A stretch of 61,476 nt of DNA, filler included, from Dugesia japonica (GCA_001938525.1; 5 parts of 5 records of this genome joined end to end with filler, not necessarily neighbours in it); one strand, 5' to 3'. Positions 22,033 through 37,761 are shown, counted from the whole stretch's first letter. Notes: generated by a model not told the origin, from the letters alone. Program-made: numbers and translations.

Positions 22033-23411
22033 CAGGGTGTTCAGTATAAAAGTTGACTCGAAATTTTTATTGGCATTGTAAGTTTCAATTGGTAGTTGTA
22101 AGTTTGTGAATACAAATCATGTTTAATACTAATCAAGTTTAATAAGTGCCTACTTATTTATGTTTAATGGATTACATTTAATGATATTTATTAAAATATA
22201 GTCAAATAAATAGTCAATATTAGTAACTTTTAGACAATTAACTGATTTTGCCATTGAAGAATGGCTCTTACCACAGCACAACGCAGCCTGGTAGTCGAAA
22301 GCTATTTTCGTTCTGGAAGATTTTTAAATGAAAGATGGATTTATTCTTACGATGCATGCTCATTNNNNNNNNNNNNNNNNNNNNNNNNNNNNNNNNNNNN
22401 NNNNNNNNNNNNNNNNNNNNNNNNNNNNNNNNNNNNNNNNNNNNNNNNNNNNNNNNNNNNNNNNTAGACCAAGTCGAGTACCAGAAAATACAGTTAAGGA
22501 AATTAGACAGCAAATGTTGCACAGTCCAAAGAAATCCACCAGGCGATTGTCCCTGGAAACTGGACTATCTGTTGGAAGCTTCCACAAAGTTGTCCGTAAC
22601 AGACTTCACATGCATCCTTACAAAACATATGTTCTTCATGAGTTATTTCCCACGGATCATTCCAAGGGAATTCGATACTGCCAATGGTTCAAAGCCAATG
22701 TGGAAAATAACCAGTTGGATACGATCTTTTTTACTGACGAAGCTTGCCTGCACCTTTATGGATACATTAATTCTCAGAATTTTAGAATATGGAGTACAGA
22801 AAATCCACGCCAGTATATCGAATCTCCATTTCACCCTTTAAAACTTGGTGTATGGATAGCGATTAGCCGTACGAGAATCATAGGCCCCATTTTCTTTCAT
22901 GAAACAATAAATTCAGAGNNNNNNNNNNNNNNNNNNNNNNNNNNNNNNNNNNNNNNNNNNNNNNNNNNNNNNNNNNNNNNNNNGTTTCAACAGGATTCTG
23001 CAGCAAGTCACACAAGCCGTCACACAATGAATCACTTGACAGCCCTATTTAACCATCCCATTATCAAAAAGAACTTATGGCTGCCACGTAGCCCGGACCT
23101 CACACCTCCCGATTATTTTCTTTTCTGCTCTCTAAAAGATTATGTGTTTACAAGAAATCCTCATACTCTACAGGAACTGGAACAATACACCACGGAATTT
23201 ATTCGATCTATCCAACCACAAACATTGGTCAACGTTTTCAATAACATGCATTTCCGTATTGAGTCCTGCCTAGCGCAAAATGGTGACCACTTTCAACATC
23301 TTCGAAACCTGTAATTATGTTATAAACTTTTTGTAATAAACTTTGTAATAAACTTTTTGTTTGATGTTTTCCAAAAATAATTTCGAGTCAACTTTTATAC
23401 TGAACACCCTG
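22033..23411 (+). mobile_element. Tc1/mariner superfamily transposon with perfect TIRs and TA target-site duplication
   Basis: TA|CAGGGTGTTCAGTATAAAAGTTGACTCGAAATT ... AATTTCGAGTCAACTTTTATACTGAACACCCTG|TA. Confidence 0.96.
22261..23314 (+). CDS. DDD transposase (rosa/DD41D-like lineage, DD38D spacing)
   Basis: FFTDEA, FQQDSA and WLPRSPDLTPPDY with 38 residues between the second and third Asp; N-terminal HTH SPKKSTRRLSLETGLS. The frame change lies within an N gap. Confidence 0.9.
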
Positions 23412-23789
23412 TATATATGGATTTTAACTTTCCAACTCCCAAATAATTTATTTGATTTAATTTTCTGCTGATAATTATTAATTTAATTCAGCATTTTTAT
23501 TAACTTTAATTAATTATTTGACAGTCTTTACTAGCTGCTATTTTGTTTCTTAATTCGTCGGGTTTTTTCTCTGTGATTATTCTTCTGTTCTTATTTTTAT
23601 TGCTGTATTTCATAGTGATTTTGTCTCTATTTAAAACCAATTTTATTCTGTGCTTCGTTATTTGTTATTATCTTGGATTTTTCCTAATTATTCTCGTAAA
23701 TTTATGTTTAATCTTTTGTTCAATCTTTCTTGGCCTATCTATTCGGCTTTATGATTACTGCTTTTCCTACTACTTCCTTCTTTGATTTC

Positions 23790-24640
23790 TATTCTACATA
23801 CCAGCCATTATTGTTTTCTTAATCGAGTGTTCTACCCCAACAGTTGCTCTTTTTATGTTCAAATTGGTGTAGCACTCTTCTGCCCTATGTCCACAATTTC
23901 TACATCGTTTGAACCTCACTTCTTCACATAATAGTCTAATGTGACTAACCTTTCTACAACCACAGTATTTTGTTGGATTTTTGTCTGGGCAAACTTGATT
24001 TACATATCTAATTTTATGACAAGTCCAACATTCTACCACTTTTTTTCGTCGGACAATTTGCTTTAGTATAACCGATTGTATGACATAGCTAGCAGTCGAT
24101 ACAAATTTCTCATAATTTTGACTTGTAACTCTCGTGTAACGTCAAACAGCATCAATTTGATATTTACTTTTCTCGTCATTGTTTCTTCAATTTTTTCTAT
24201 ATTCTGTCGTTTCCGCAAAGTCACTTCTTCTTTAAATTTTTTGTAATATGAACAATGTACTACCATCTTTACTCTGGAAATTTTTATTTGTAAATAATCT
24301 TTTCACTAATTCCTATATTCTTGAAATAAACTTGAATCTCTTCATTTCCCCGCCCATAGTTAATCAAATTATGAAAATCCTTGATAACATATTTTTCTTT
24401 CTCAAATGCCAAAAGTAAGAGACTGAAATTCTTTCACCTTTTTCAACTTCATTGCATATTCTTCCAGCAAATCATCATCTAATAAACAAGAAACTAATCT
24501 TTCCTGTCGTGTAATGCCGTTAACATCAAAATACAATTCACAACGCTTTATGATTTTTTCAGTGTCATCCATTCGTCAGAACACATTTGGTAATAACCTA
24601 TCTGTAATTTAATCGATATTTACCGCTGCCACCATTTTAA
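23790..24640 (-). mobile_element. Decayed Ty3/Gypsy gag fragment with CCHC zinc knuckles
   Basis: [39 protein letters not shown]; homologous to the gag at 43.6-44.7 kb and 60.6-61.5 kb. Confidence 0.85.
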
Positions 24641-25954
24641 GTAAATATTCTAAAGATAATTTATTTTCTAAATCACAATTATTCAAAAAGTCAAAGCAAG
24701 CCAAAAAATACAAATGATATATTTTTACACAATTGATTTTTTGAATTTTCATACTTAAAACTACGATTTTTCGGGTTCTACATACAATTATGTGGTTACA
24801 TAGACTATATATAAATTTATACATGGGTACGTATTCAGTTGAAACTCCTACCCTTCAGTGCATACATAAAACAGTAAAAGCCGCTTAATTAGACCATTGA
24901 AAAATTGATCCAGTCGCATATATCGCTCAAAACATGAAAACCTAAATCAGGTAACGTTTTCGTACTACTTCGGCTAAATCAGACCAGAAAGCCAGTCTAC
25001 ATGTGGTCAAATTAAACAGCTTTCACTGCATATTGATAAGCCCCTAAGAAGAACCAGGTAACAGAAATAATTTTGAAATTAAATGAATTCTAAACTATAA
25101 AAAAATTTAACATTTAATTTTCATCAGTAACGGCTGGAAATCCGGCGTTTACGTAATATAAGAGCGAAAGACCTTAATATCGGCCTTGAATTTATGTCAA
25201 ACTATATATGTATTGGAATGCATCATAAACTACAGTTTTTACGAGAATAAATTGAAAATATCTTAAATTTGTAAATGCGTTATAAATAGGTACTAGAAAA
25301 TGTAATGTAAAATAGATTTCCAATTATCATGTTATTTGTTTTATTATAATACCTCATTAATGATATTTTATTTTCTGTAATGCTGTTTTTGATTTATTTA
25401 TATTATTGAATGTTACAATAAATATTTGATAGAATTTGTCAAAAAATTGGTGTTTTCAACATTCATTTTCGTCTTATTTGAATATGGTTTAGTTTTAAAG
25501 CTATTAGTATTCTGTTCTGTATTGGTATAGTTACCGATTTGTTTAGAATAGCACTAAATTCTCTTATTTTATTGGCACAAGATTGAATACGTAAGCCATA
25601 CGAATTTAATGATAACAGGTAGTTTCGAATTATTATACTCGGCAAAGTAAAAGAAAAGTTGTAACAGATTTTCTATTAAATAAACCAAAACGGAATTAAC
25701 ATCAGACCCAGTAAAGGTCTATCGTTACGTAATTTTCGGGCGTTCAATATGGATCTTATAAATATAAAAATATAAAATAAGAAACAGAAATTATTTATAA
25801 AAGTATTAAAATTTATTTACTATACCCATAGAATACACATGGTGGTTGATTGATTTACACGAGACGGACAGTTAGTTAATTTAACATTAACAGATTTATT
25901 TTCATTTAATAAATAACAAACACTTCCCACTTTTATAAATATAAATATAAAAAA

Positions 25955-27973
<2,019 letters not shown>

Positions 27974-28441
27974 NNNNNNNNNNNNNNNNNNNNNNNNNNN
28001 NNNNNNNNNNNNNNNNNNNNNNNNNNNNNNNNNNNNNNNNNNNNNNNNNNNNNNNNNNNNNNNNNNNNNNNNNNNNNNNNNNNNNNNNNNNNNNNNNNNN
28101 NNNNNNNNNNNNNNNNNNNNNNNNNNNNNNNNNNNNNNNTCTACTAACTTGAATAAATCAAAAAATTAAAAATCCTTGGAGACTATCGTCAAACATTTGG
28201 ATTATTAACAAAAAAAAATTTTATCAGATTTTTTCATTTATTGAAACTTTAAAAAACGATCAATGGTTATTATTCTCGCAATAATTGTAAAATTGTCTTT
28301 AAAGTTATACTCAAAATTAAATTTTGCAAATTCAAACGTTTTACTTTAATATTAAAGGAGATTTTAATATGTAAAACGTTTGAGTTGTTAAAGATAACTA
28401 ACAAATTTCGTCAAGGGGCTTATATTAATATGAAATTTGAT

Positions 28442-28797
28442 CAGTGTTTACCAAAGTGGGCGATACCGCCACCTGGGGCACTTGAACTATCCAGGGGGCG
28501 ATAGTAGTCCTGGGTGAATTAGGGGCATTGAATAAAAATAAGGAAGTGGTCAAAGTATAAAGGAGGATAGATTTTAAATACAATTTGTACATATTTCATT
28601 TTAAAAAAAAAATATTGTAGATTAGGAGCATATAATTTCATTTATAATGTAATGAATATTAAAAAGAATGCTTAAAACTAAATTTTAGGATGTAGGTAGA
28701 AATAGAGATGTTAATATCTTTTTTGTTCATTTAAAGGAGGGCGAAGAGTATTTTTTTTAAATGGAGGTGGTAGGCCAAATAAGTTTGAGAACCACTG
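28442..28797. mobile_element. hAT-type MITE (~356 bp)
   Basis: TIRs CAGTGTTTACCAAAGT and AGTTTGAGAACCACTG; imperfect 8-bp TSD AATTTGAT/ATTTAGAT. Confidence 0.78.
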
Positions 28798-29083
28798 ATT
28801 TAGATTAATAAGACCTAAGTATTATCAAATAATTACTAAGATAACTTAATTTAAATTACTAAATTAATTTTTTACGTTCTTATAAAAGTTTTGTTGTTTA
28901 ATTGATGTTTGTAATTCGAATTTTGTCTTCTTCGGGAATTAAGTGAAATAAATAAAAATATTTAAAATAAAACATTTTGATCGAAGCTTCTAATCTCAAT
29001 TTGATGAAATTTAAAATACGATCAATAATCAAGTCCAACAATTATTCTCCCAATAATTTTTGTAATTGTAAAAATGGTAATTT

Positions 29084-29183
29084 NNNNNNNNNNNNNNNNN
29101 NNNNNNNNNNNNNNNNNNNNNNNNNNNTTAATTAATTAANNNNNNNNNNNNNNNNNNNNNNNNNNNNNNNNNNNNNNNNNNNN
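29084..29183. other. Artificial contig linker
   Basis: N44-TTAATTAATTAA-N44. Confidence 0.97.
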
Positions 29184-29350
29184 AGAAGTGATTCAGTTTA
29201 TTTTGATATCTAATAAATATTTGTAGTAAATTGTTGTTGTATCTTAACCTAACATAAACAAAGATTCACATTTATTAAAACAATTCTCCATTAAAAGGCA
29301 CTATCGAGTTATCCTTGCAAAAAATCGTAAAATGCAATATCATTTACATA

Positions 29351-29640
29351 TCAATTCATTTCTGAAAATACATTTAAAACTGTTTGCTTGACTTTTGTGC
29401 TCGTTTCGTGTGTTTGGCGAACATTATATCTTGATTTTAATGTACTAAATGTGTTTTCAATTGGATTCAAATCCGGTGAATAGGGCGGCAAATATTTGAA
29501 TTGAATGTTATTGCGCTCTTCAAAACTTCTCATCTTGACATGATGAAATTTCATGTTATTCATAACCGAACTTTGGGAATCTATAATTTCAAAATGCCTA
29601 TCACATTCTATAATAATGCCTATAAAAAAAGCATTCGCAT
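29351..29640 (-). pseudogene. IS630/Tc1-like DDE transposase C-terminal fragment
   Basis: VMNNMKFHH...YLPPYSPDLNPIENTFSTLKSRY. Confidence 0.8.
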
Positions 29641-30534
29641 TTCCACTTTATTAATTCAAATTCAAGATTAGTACTATACTTCGGAATAATAAAAATATTA
29701 TAATTATTTATTAAATCCAGTTTTATTAATTTTGCCATCCTATCTAAAATTTTAAATCAAATATCAATGATACCAGCGTACTAATGTGACACTTGATACT
29801 TTTTGTCATGGCACAGTTCAGGAATGTTTGCCTTGATATTTGACGTTATCACAAAGGGCTGGATCCGACCCGTGGGGCGTAAGTTGATTATGCCTATTCT
29901 GGATAACCATATTTTCAGACAGAAGGAGTACTATTTATTAAAATTATCATTTTTCATTTTCATCAATATTTGAATTTTTTTGAGTAGAGACAGCTAGAAT
30001 CAGTAATAAAATTTTTTTTTAATTTTTGGCAAAACTTGTATACTGGTCATTTATTATTTTTCATGTTTTGTAATTGATTTCAGTATCAAATAATAATTTT
30101 CATAATTTAGTATAATTCATGTTATTTTGATTTTGGTTTTCTTCAAATGATTTTATACAAATATTTTTCTAACCATTTATATATTCCATATTTATAATAA
30201 AAATTCCAAAGGTCATCTCTAAAACTCTTCTCAATATTTGCTTTTAATCCGTATTAATTATTTTAAAATTTCCTTTAACTATTTATAACTATAAAACGTT
30301 TTTTTCAGTTTACGGAAATGGTAAAAAAAACTAAATTTCACATGATTATTATAACATTTATTTAAGACATTTACGAAAATAATTTAAGATTTTAAATAAT
30401 TTCAATGTGTTACTGATAAATTTTTGGGAATGCGTCCTGAGCATGTAGTGATGATGATTCATTGCTTAATAAAAGTAGACGTCTATATTTTCTTGTTCAC
30501 TAACATTTCTAATGAAATTGTCTACTAAATCTAG

Positions 30535-30726
30535 CAACCACAAATACAGTGGAAAACTACATACACATCCAACAAAACTACTGGTCCACAATTAACATAT
30601 CCACCAATCACTGACAATATTTCTGTTCCACTAGTGGTTGTCAAGACGCGCAGTGAATCTACATCGTCAATTATTGTATCTAATACTACAAATAACAAAG
30701 TTGTTCGTGGCCGTTCTTTCTCTCAA
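30535..30726 (+). CDS. Probable internal exon of the WNK-like gene
   Basis: Open S/T/P-rich frame ending ...VVRGRSFSQ|GTAGGT (phase-0 donor), compatible with the phase-0 acceptor at 35056. The 5' boundary is uncertain. Confidence 0.45.
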
Positions 30727-33700
30727 GTAGGTTTGTTGTTCGCACTGTAATTATTCATAACCAATATATGGCTTGCCTAGCTACGTATAGATACCTTTCA
30801 TTTTCTTTTGTTATAAAATTTCCTTTCAATTTGCACTTTAACACACATTGATTATTGCTAGAAAGCTGCATGCATTTGCCATAATTTTTATAAATTACCA
30901 TGAATATATGTTGATTTTGATATTTAACTATTTGATTAAACAGCCGCAACTATTTTTATGATTTTTGTAATTTATTGATTTCTCAAATTCCAATAGTTAA
31001 TATTTAAATATGCTTTTTAATCAAACGTAATAATAATAATATTCTGGTTTTCAATTGAAAAATTAATGTTCTCATTTGAAATTCATAACTTACAAAGTTT
31101 AAAATTTTAATTTAATGAATTGATCGACCGTCCTTTTATAACTAATTTTGTTTCTCGAGTTTTGCTAACTTCAAATGCGCTAAATTAGTTATTTGTAAAT
31201 TTTAATTCGATTTGGTGTAAACATAATTTGGTTATGGAAAACATTAGCATTGTCAGTTTGTCAGATTTGCATACAATTCCATCACAGATGTTAAATGGAT
31301 AAGTCTCAGAAATTCAATATTCCTGGTATCATTAAATGTTTAAATGAGAGAATAATGTGTTATAAAATAATACACGCGAATAGCATAAATTATTGATGTA
31401 TTGAAAAAAACACTGGATGTATTGAATAACGAGTTATTTGAATTTTATTTAATTTTAATTTGGTCAATAAGTGAAACTCATTAACGTAAATGTAATTCTA
31501 TTTGTTACACGTTTCATATTGCGTTATAACATTTAGTTATTCTTTGAAATAAGTGCTGCATTTTAAAAATATAATTCTTTAATCATGATTTATACTTCCA
31601 TTTATTTTTCATATATTTTTTCAAATTCAATTAAATCAATTAAAATTGATTTATATCATTCTTTTACTATGTAGTATTATAAAATAATAGATGATTTTTT
31701 CCATTTTCTTTTAGATAATATTTACTGATGGGATTTTCTATTATAATACAAATAAGTTAAGTTAAATTTATCTTTAAACCAATTTGGAAAATCATCTATC
31801 TACACAAAATAATTTATTCTGTGTATCTTGTTGCAATAATTACTTCGAGTTTTTGTTCTTTAATAGCATCGTTTAAATAGAAATTTAGTCAAGAATTTTT
31901 GTTAGTCATTAACAAAAAGTACATAATGATAAAAACCTTAAAATAAATTATTTTGAAATTAATCTTGGTTTCGTTTTAATTTAATTTTTTGCGTAATAAA
32001 TGCATAAGTAAGCCAAATTTTCTGCACCGGTGCATCGGAAAATATGGTTTTTGTAATACAGTGTTCACTTAAGACATGTACTCGTTTGAAATGGTAACAG
32101 TCTTTGTGGATTAATCTGAATACATGTGAACAACCTAAAATTTTGATAAACATACAACATCAATAATTTATATGGTAAATAACAATTAAATACTAGAATA
32201 TCAGAATATCCCAGTTTTCTTCTAAACACTTATGAACGAGTCGACACATTAATTAAAACATTTTTCAAGGTTTCTGGCTGAATATCACATTCATTTTTGT
32301 TTCATGGTTTTAGATTATTTTTCTGATTATCAAATAACATGGTTCTTAACAACCAACAACGCACATTTCTGATAGTGTTATTTCATAACAGGTTCTTTTG
32401 GTATATGAAGATGAATTTATTCTGATAACAATTTCATGAACAGTTGCCATGCAGAACTATCAACATAAGGGTTTCATTAAATACACGGATTGACGTACAT
32501 AAACGATGAGAAGGGCGGTTTTCTGCAATCTGATTGGTTGATACTAAACTATACGCATATTGCAATGATCAAGAAGACAGCCGACGAGCTCTATGATTTT
32601 AAAAAATTCACAATACTTTTTTTCAACAAATAATCAATTAAAAAACAATAAAGACATCTGCAGTGTTTTTGTAAAAATAAAATATTTAAAATTTTGAATT
32701 TATTAAATTTTTGAAACTATTTAATAGAAGTTTACATTAGTTTTAATTTATTGATGTCAAAGAAATGCATAAATTTAATTGTGTTTCCAATTCGCATTTC
32801 GGATTGTGCATCGACAAATTAATGCTGGTTTAAAAATTTGATGCACCGGTACACCTGGTCGAGCCCTATAAGAAATGATAATTTTCATTAAAATATTCTA
32901 TTACAAATTTTATTTCGTAATGAATCGATTATAAATGGTATCTTTCATCAATAGTTCACTGATAAAGAAATTAAATCTGTGTTGGTATTCATCGAGTTTC
33001 GAGTGAAATATTAGGTTTGGATAATATTTGATATTTTTTTGATGAATTGAATTAAGTTAATTAATATTATAAAATTCCCAATAGATAGAATGGGAAACGT
33101 TCATAAATTAAAATTTTAGATTTTCGTAGTTTTTTTTGCACAACACGAATAATTTTGCAAATAGCTAAATTTTTCGTCTATTATTTAAATTCCATTTTTT
33201 ACGGGTTTCATGATTTAAAATATCAATTTTAAGCCATTTTGTATTATTTTACATTTAATTTTATACAATATATATAAATATATTTTAATCTGAATTAATT
33301 AAATCCTCAATTTATTATTCTGCGTCGCTAGTTTCAAATCTCATGAATTTTTAAAATTAGTTTTTGAAAAATACATATAAGTGGAGTCTATTTTGATAGT
33401 AATTCGTAATTTGATAACCTCTGTAATTTCTTCGTATATATTTGATTTGTTTTCAATGCCAGTTTTATTTTTATGGTTTTTTTCACGTTTTTAATTTTGC
33501 ACCAAATTCGGCGATTTTACTGTTCATTTGATTTAATAATGCATTATAACTGAAATAGTTTTACATTTGTTAGTAATAACATCTTCTTTTTTGTTAAGAA
33601 TTTATCCATATTTATTTTGTTAAAAATTAAGCAAATGAATTTTATTTCTAACCATGTTTCAGACTTGTTTGAATAATCCATTTCACTAAGCGTTACATTT

Positions 33701-35055
33701 TATTACATTTAATATCGTTAAATAAAAATCATTTATTGAATTAAAAACGTTTTCTGTTAAAATAATATTTCCTACTTTTTTACCCAAAATTTAGCAGTTG
33801 AAATACAAGTTATTTTTGAATTTCTATTTTTTTCAGAATATATTTTCACTCGTTAATTTTGGAAGATACAATGTCCTTAAATTCTTTGAATGTTCCAATA
33901 TCTTTTGCTTGCACACAAATTGTTAAACCACTGGGGATTTTCCTTTGCTTGCAATGGGTCTTATAAACTTAGACATATAAAATAAGGAAAACATCAAATC
34001 AATATAATTAATATAAATTTATTGCGATATCCACCCTGTTTTATTCGATTTTTCTGTTTCACAGTTTATGAATTAAAGGAAACCCTTTTCTACCATTTGC
34101 CTAAATAGACATTACATGGTTAATTATCATTGAATTGAACTCGGTGAATTGCATTAAAACATGTCGCTTTTTAAAAAACTTAGTCTGAGATATACTGTTT
34201 TCGAAATAGTCGGAAATGATCATTGAAGACTTGAACTGTTGGAGATAAATAATAAACTTGACGCTTCTATTTATTAATGTCATTTGATAAATTAATTATC
34301 TTCCTCAACAAAATACAATTTCTTGTTTATAAAACCACTTAACCAACAGGAACTTCCTTTCAAGGAAATATTATTATCCATTGTTCAAGAAACGCCCCTG
34401 TCGGAAATAAAGCTTCATATAACAATGTGCTTCATCACTCAACTTTAATATTTATGATAGAAGTCTTCTAATTACTCAAGTCTTGTTTTTTCACCGCCTC
34501 ATTTGGCTCATTTTTTACTGTTCTTTTGTGATTTTATTTCTTTGCTTTGTTCTTAGATTTTATTGAAAATTTGCATTTTTCCATGTTTGACATATATGAA
34601 AGACTTCATAAATAAAATATTAAATTAATATTTTTTGCAGAATTTTCTGCAAATTTCTAATACGAAATCTTTTAAATAGATGTAATTATTAAATTTTTCT
34701 ATATTTTGAAGTTTTAAGTGATGTTTATTAGTTTCTACTGTTTCTATTAGTTTCTTCATTAACCAAAACGAATCTTTAACATTCAAAAATATGTATATAT
34801 AAATAAAATTATTTAGATAACAAACTTTTAATATACTTTTGATTTAAATACTTAGCAATTTTATTGTTGTTTTATTTTAAATGATTATATGGAAATTCAG
34901 TAATACAGTCTACTTCATGCTTAATACGTTCTTAAACAAAAGTAATTCATAGTTTTAAATTTTTTTTACAGACTTGTTTATTAATTGCATGATTTTGGGA
35001 AATCAATAAAGTTTTTTTTCTAAATTGATTTATATTGAATGATTATCAATTTTAG

Positions 35056-35247
35056 GTTCAAGAAAAATCTAAACCCAAAAAACCAAAAACTCGGTTAAAA
35101 TCCAAATATTTATTGAGAATTTCGGATATTACTGAAATTCCGTCTACAAAAGAGATTAAATTGGATTTTCAAATGATGCTACCAATGAACCAAATGAAAT
35201 TTTCTTTCACATTGAATAATGAACTTAATCTTTCAAAGTGTTTAGGG
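35056..35247 (+). CDS. Penultimate exon of WNK-like gene (basic stretch plus start of a CCT-like domain)
   Basis: tttag|VQEKSKPKKPKTRLKSKYLLRISDITEIPSTKEIKLDFQMMLPMNQMKFSFTLNNELNLSKCLG|gtataa; the 57-bp intron 35248-35304 splices in frame to the long ORF. Confidence 0.75.
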
Positions 35248-35304
35248 GTATAATTTTTTTTAAAAACTTCATGATATTTTTATTTATTAATTTATTTATT
35301 TTAG

Positions 35305-37761
35305 GATCCTTGTCAATTTCCAGGAGAATTACATAAGAAAGAGATTTTGGAATCTTTAATTACAACTCTTAAAAAGATTTGTGATTGTTTATTAGAAGAT
35401 AGTACTTCTATTCCTTTAAACGAAGATTTCGTCTTTCATCCGTGCTTTCCAAATACGGGTTTGGTAAAATTTTCCGATTGTACCTATCAAATGCAAATTT
35501 CATCCGAAATTTACGAATCTGCTCAATCAAGTTCTGGTTTATTGAACCAATATAAATCTTATCTTAATACCATTCCACCAAACTTGATTGGAAATCCGTT
35601 AATTGTTAGTTCTGCCTCATCCAGATCCTTATCTCGCCATGCAAGTACTGAAGATTTATCCTGGAACATTAATAATCCTTCCTTTCCTGTTTCTGATCAA
35701 TCGTGGTTACCTATAGATATGGATTATATAAATACAATTCAACTAGATAGCAATCAAATGTCTGCTCCTGTAATAGATGCTTTAAGGAAACCAAGTAAAT
35801 CAGTAACAGATGCTGATAATAGTAGAAACATAAAAATAACAACAAAGTGTACTTGTAATCCATCGTCAAAGGATTGCTGTATCAGAATACCAGAATTTCT
35901 ATTTCCATCCATTAGACAAATCATTGATAAACTACAAAATCCGCATACGAAAGGACTCATTATATTACCACAGTCTAACGAAATATTGTTGAGAAATCTT
36001 AGAATTCTTGAAATTCCTCCAGACCACATGTTCTTTGGCCTTCCATGCTCCGATTCTTCATTTAATGTAGTAAAGGGTCATAAGAATCACGATTTTATAA
36101 TTGCAAAAGACACGAGACAATCAGAAAGTGCCAGTCATAGTAAAAAGTGTGTCTATCAAATTCCAAATGATGGAGCGGTTTTGCTTGATTCAACCGGCGA
36201 GATTCAACATTTACAACATCCCAGTCTTGTTATTCCACCACATGGCCAATCAAAAGCTCAAATCAAAGAATTGCCATTTGAATTAACTCATAATAAAAAT
36301 CAGTTACTTGACTGTAACCAAATTGTTTCTGTTCTTAAATCGTTGTCTATGATTCAAAGCTCGTCAGATCTTACTAAAGATGAAACATTTGACAGTCCAG
36401 TTATGTTGGAACCTGTAATGAATTCACAATCAACTGGAATTGATAAATTCGAAACTTACGATACATTGCAACAAAGAAGAGGATCAGGAGACAATACTGC
36501 TCCAGCTCAGCAAAATCCATCACAAGTTCAAGTGGAATGTGTGTCATTTCAATATGTACCATTACCTAAATCAGTTAGTTCCAAATTAGAATGCGAAAGT
36601 GGATTGGAAATCGTTGATCGAGATTTACCAAGACAACAAGTTCGTAATCGTAAAATTTCAAATGAATCATTGGAGGCTATTTCAACGCGACGTGGACCAA
36701 TGTATTTAAATGAAGTAGAACATTTAACACAACAGTCGCAACCAATTCTACAAAAAATGGTTGTCAATAATCCAATTGGTATGCCAAACGTACGAGCCTT
36801 ACAAGTCGGTGCAATTTTGAATCAAATGCCAGTACAGAGATTACCAAATGCTGGAAATACGGTTGGACATTCTGGACAATATGTACTTTCTCAATCTTCT
36901 GTCAATCAAATTCCTTCAAATATTTTAATGCACAATTTAGCTGGTGTTCCACAATACGGAAATCCTACTTCAGGCACTACTCCAGTTACAGTAGTAATAT
37001 CACAGAGTAATAATACTGTACCAGTGGTTTTATCCAATCAAAATCCAATTGGCATTAATTTTACACCAATTGTCCCTGGAATGATGGCGAACCAAATGCC
37101 TCAAATGCATATCCAACAACAATCTCAGTTATCAAATCAACGCATGGCAACTCCAATGTCGATGTCTAGTCAACACCTTGCTAATATGCCCGGTCATCCA
37201 ATGCCAAATCTTGTGACCGGGTCGATACTGCCTGGTTATACTAACTCAATGCACAACTCAATTCCAACGGCTACTTCTGAACAACATTTCGTACCAGTAT
37301 CTCATCCTACAGAATTCATAAATATTAAAGACCAAGTTCGTCAAATGCCACAAATCCGTCAAATATCTATGGGAAATAACTCGTTTTTCGATCCAAGTAT
37401 TAACAGTTCTATGATTCCCGATCATATGAGAATTAGAATGAATCAACCGATTTCAACTCCATCCCAGTCACAAACGGCACCAATTCTTTTCATTCCTTAC
37501 TCTAACATTACTACTGCACAAAATTCAATTCCAACCGGAGTTAATACACCGAAACCCGGTCTTTCAGATCAACCGCAGGTACAACAGTCAGTACAGCAAC
37601 CACAACAACCACAAATGAGTTCCATTCAAGTTTCATCTGAATCTTCTAACGCAATAAATAATCAAATATCAGAATCTGATAATAATAATAAAATAAAAAC
37701 TGAACAGACTATTGGTCGATTTGTCATCAGACCTGTTGCAGAAAATTCAGAAAAAACATAA
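35305..37761 (+). CDS. Terminal exon of a large Q/P/S/M-rich protein ending in an RFx[V/I] motif; WNK-kinase-like C-terminal half
   Basis: Uninterrupted frame of about 818 codons after ttag at 35304; low-complexity tail; C-terminal IGRFVIRPVAE. The coding call is strong; the family call is weak because no kinase domain is visible. Confidence 0.7.
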   Translation, partial: DPCQFPGELHKKEILESLITTLKKICDCLLEDSTSIPLNEDFVFHPCFPNTGLVKFSDCTYQMQISSEIYESAQSSSGLLNQYKSYLNTIPPNLIGNPLIVSSASSRSLSRHASTEDLSWNINNPSFPVSDQSWLPIDMDYINTIQLDSNQMSAPVIDALRKPSKSVTDADNSRNIKITTKCTCNPSSKDCCIRIPEFLFPSIRQIIDKLQNPHTKGLIILPQSNEILLRNLRILEIPPDHMFFGLPCSDSSFNVVKGHKNHDFIIAKDTRQSESASHSKKCVYQIPNDGAVLLDSTGEIQHLQHPSLVIPPHGQSKAQIKELPFELTHNKNQLLDCNQIVSVLKSLSMIQSSSDLTKDETFDSPVMLEPVMNSQSTGIDKFETYDTLQQRRGSGDNTAPAQQNPSQVQVECVSFQYVPLPKSVSSKLECESGLEIVDRDLPRQQVRNRKISNESLEAISTRRGPMYLNEVEHLTQQSQPILQKMVVNNPIGMPNVRALQVGAILNQMPVQRLPNAGNTVGHSGQYVLSQSSVNQIPSNILMHNLAGVPQYGNPTSGTTPVTVVISQSNNTVPVVLSNQNPIGINFTPIVPGMMANQMPQMHIQQQSQLSNQRMATPMSMSSQHLANMPGHPMPNLVTGSILPGYTNSMHNSIPTATSEQHFVPVSHPTEFINIKDQVRQMPQIRQISMGNNSFFDPSINSSMIPDHMRIRMNQPISTPSQSQTAPILFIPYSNITTAQNSIPTGVNTPKPGLSDQPQVQQSVQQPQQPQMSSIQVSSESSNAINNQISESDNNNKIKTEQTIGRFVIRPVAENSEKT

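Noticed and set aside
32020-32870. MITE defined by TGCACCGGTGCA palindromes and a GTCGAGCCCTA end
   Set aside because: Only one plausible terminus and no TSD; boundaries cannot be supported.
35754-37446. Short antisense or alternate-frame ORFs inside the long exon (likewise those overlapping RBBP4 and Gypsy pol)
   Set aside because: Shadow ORFs of real coding sequence with no independent evidence.
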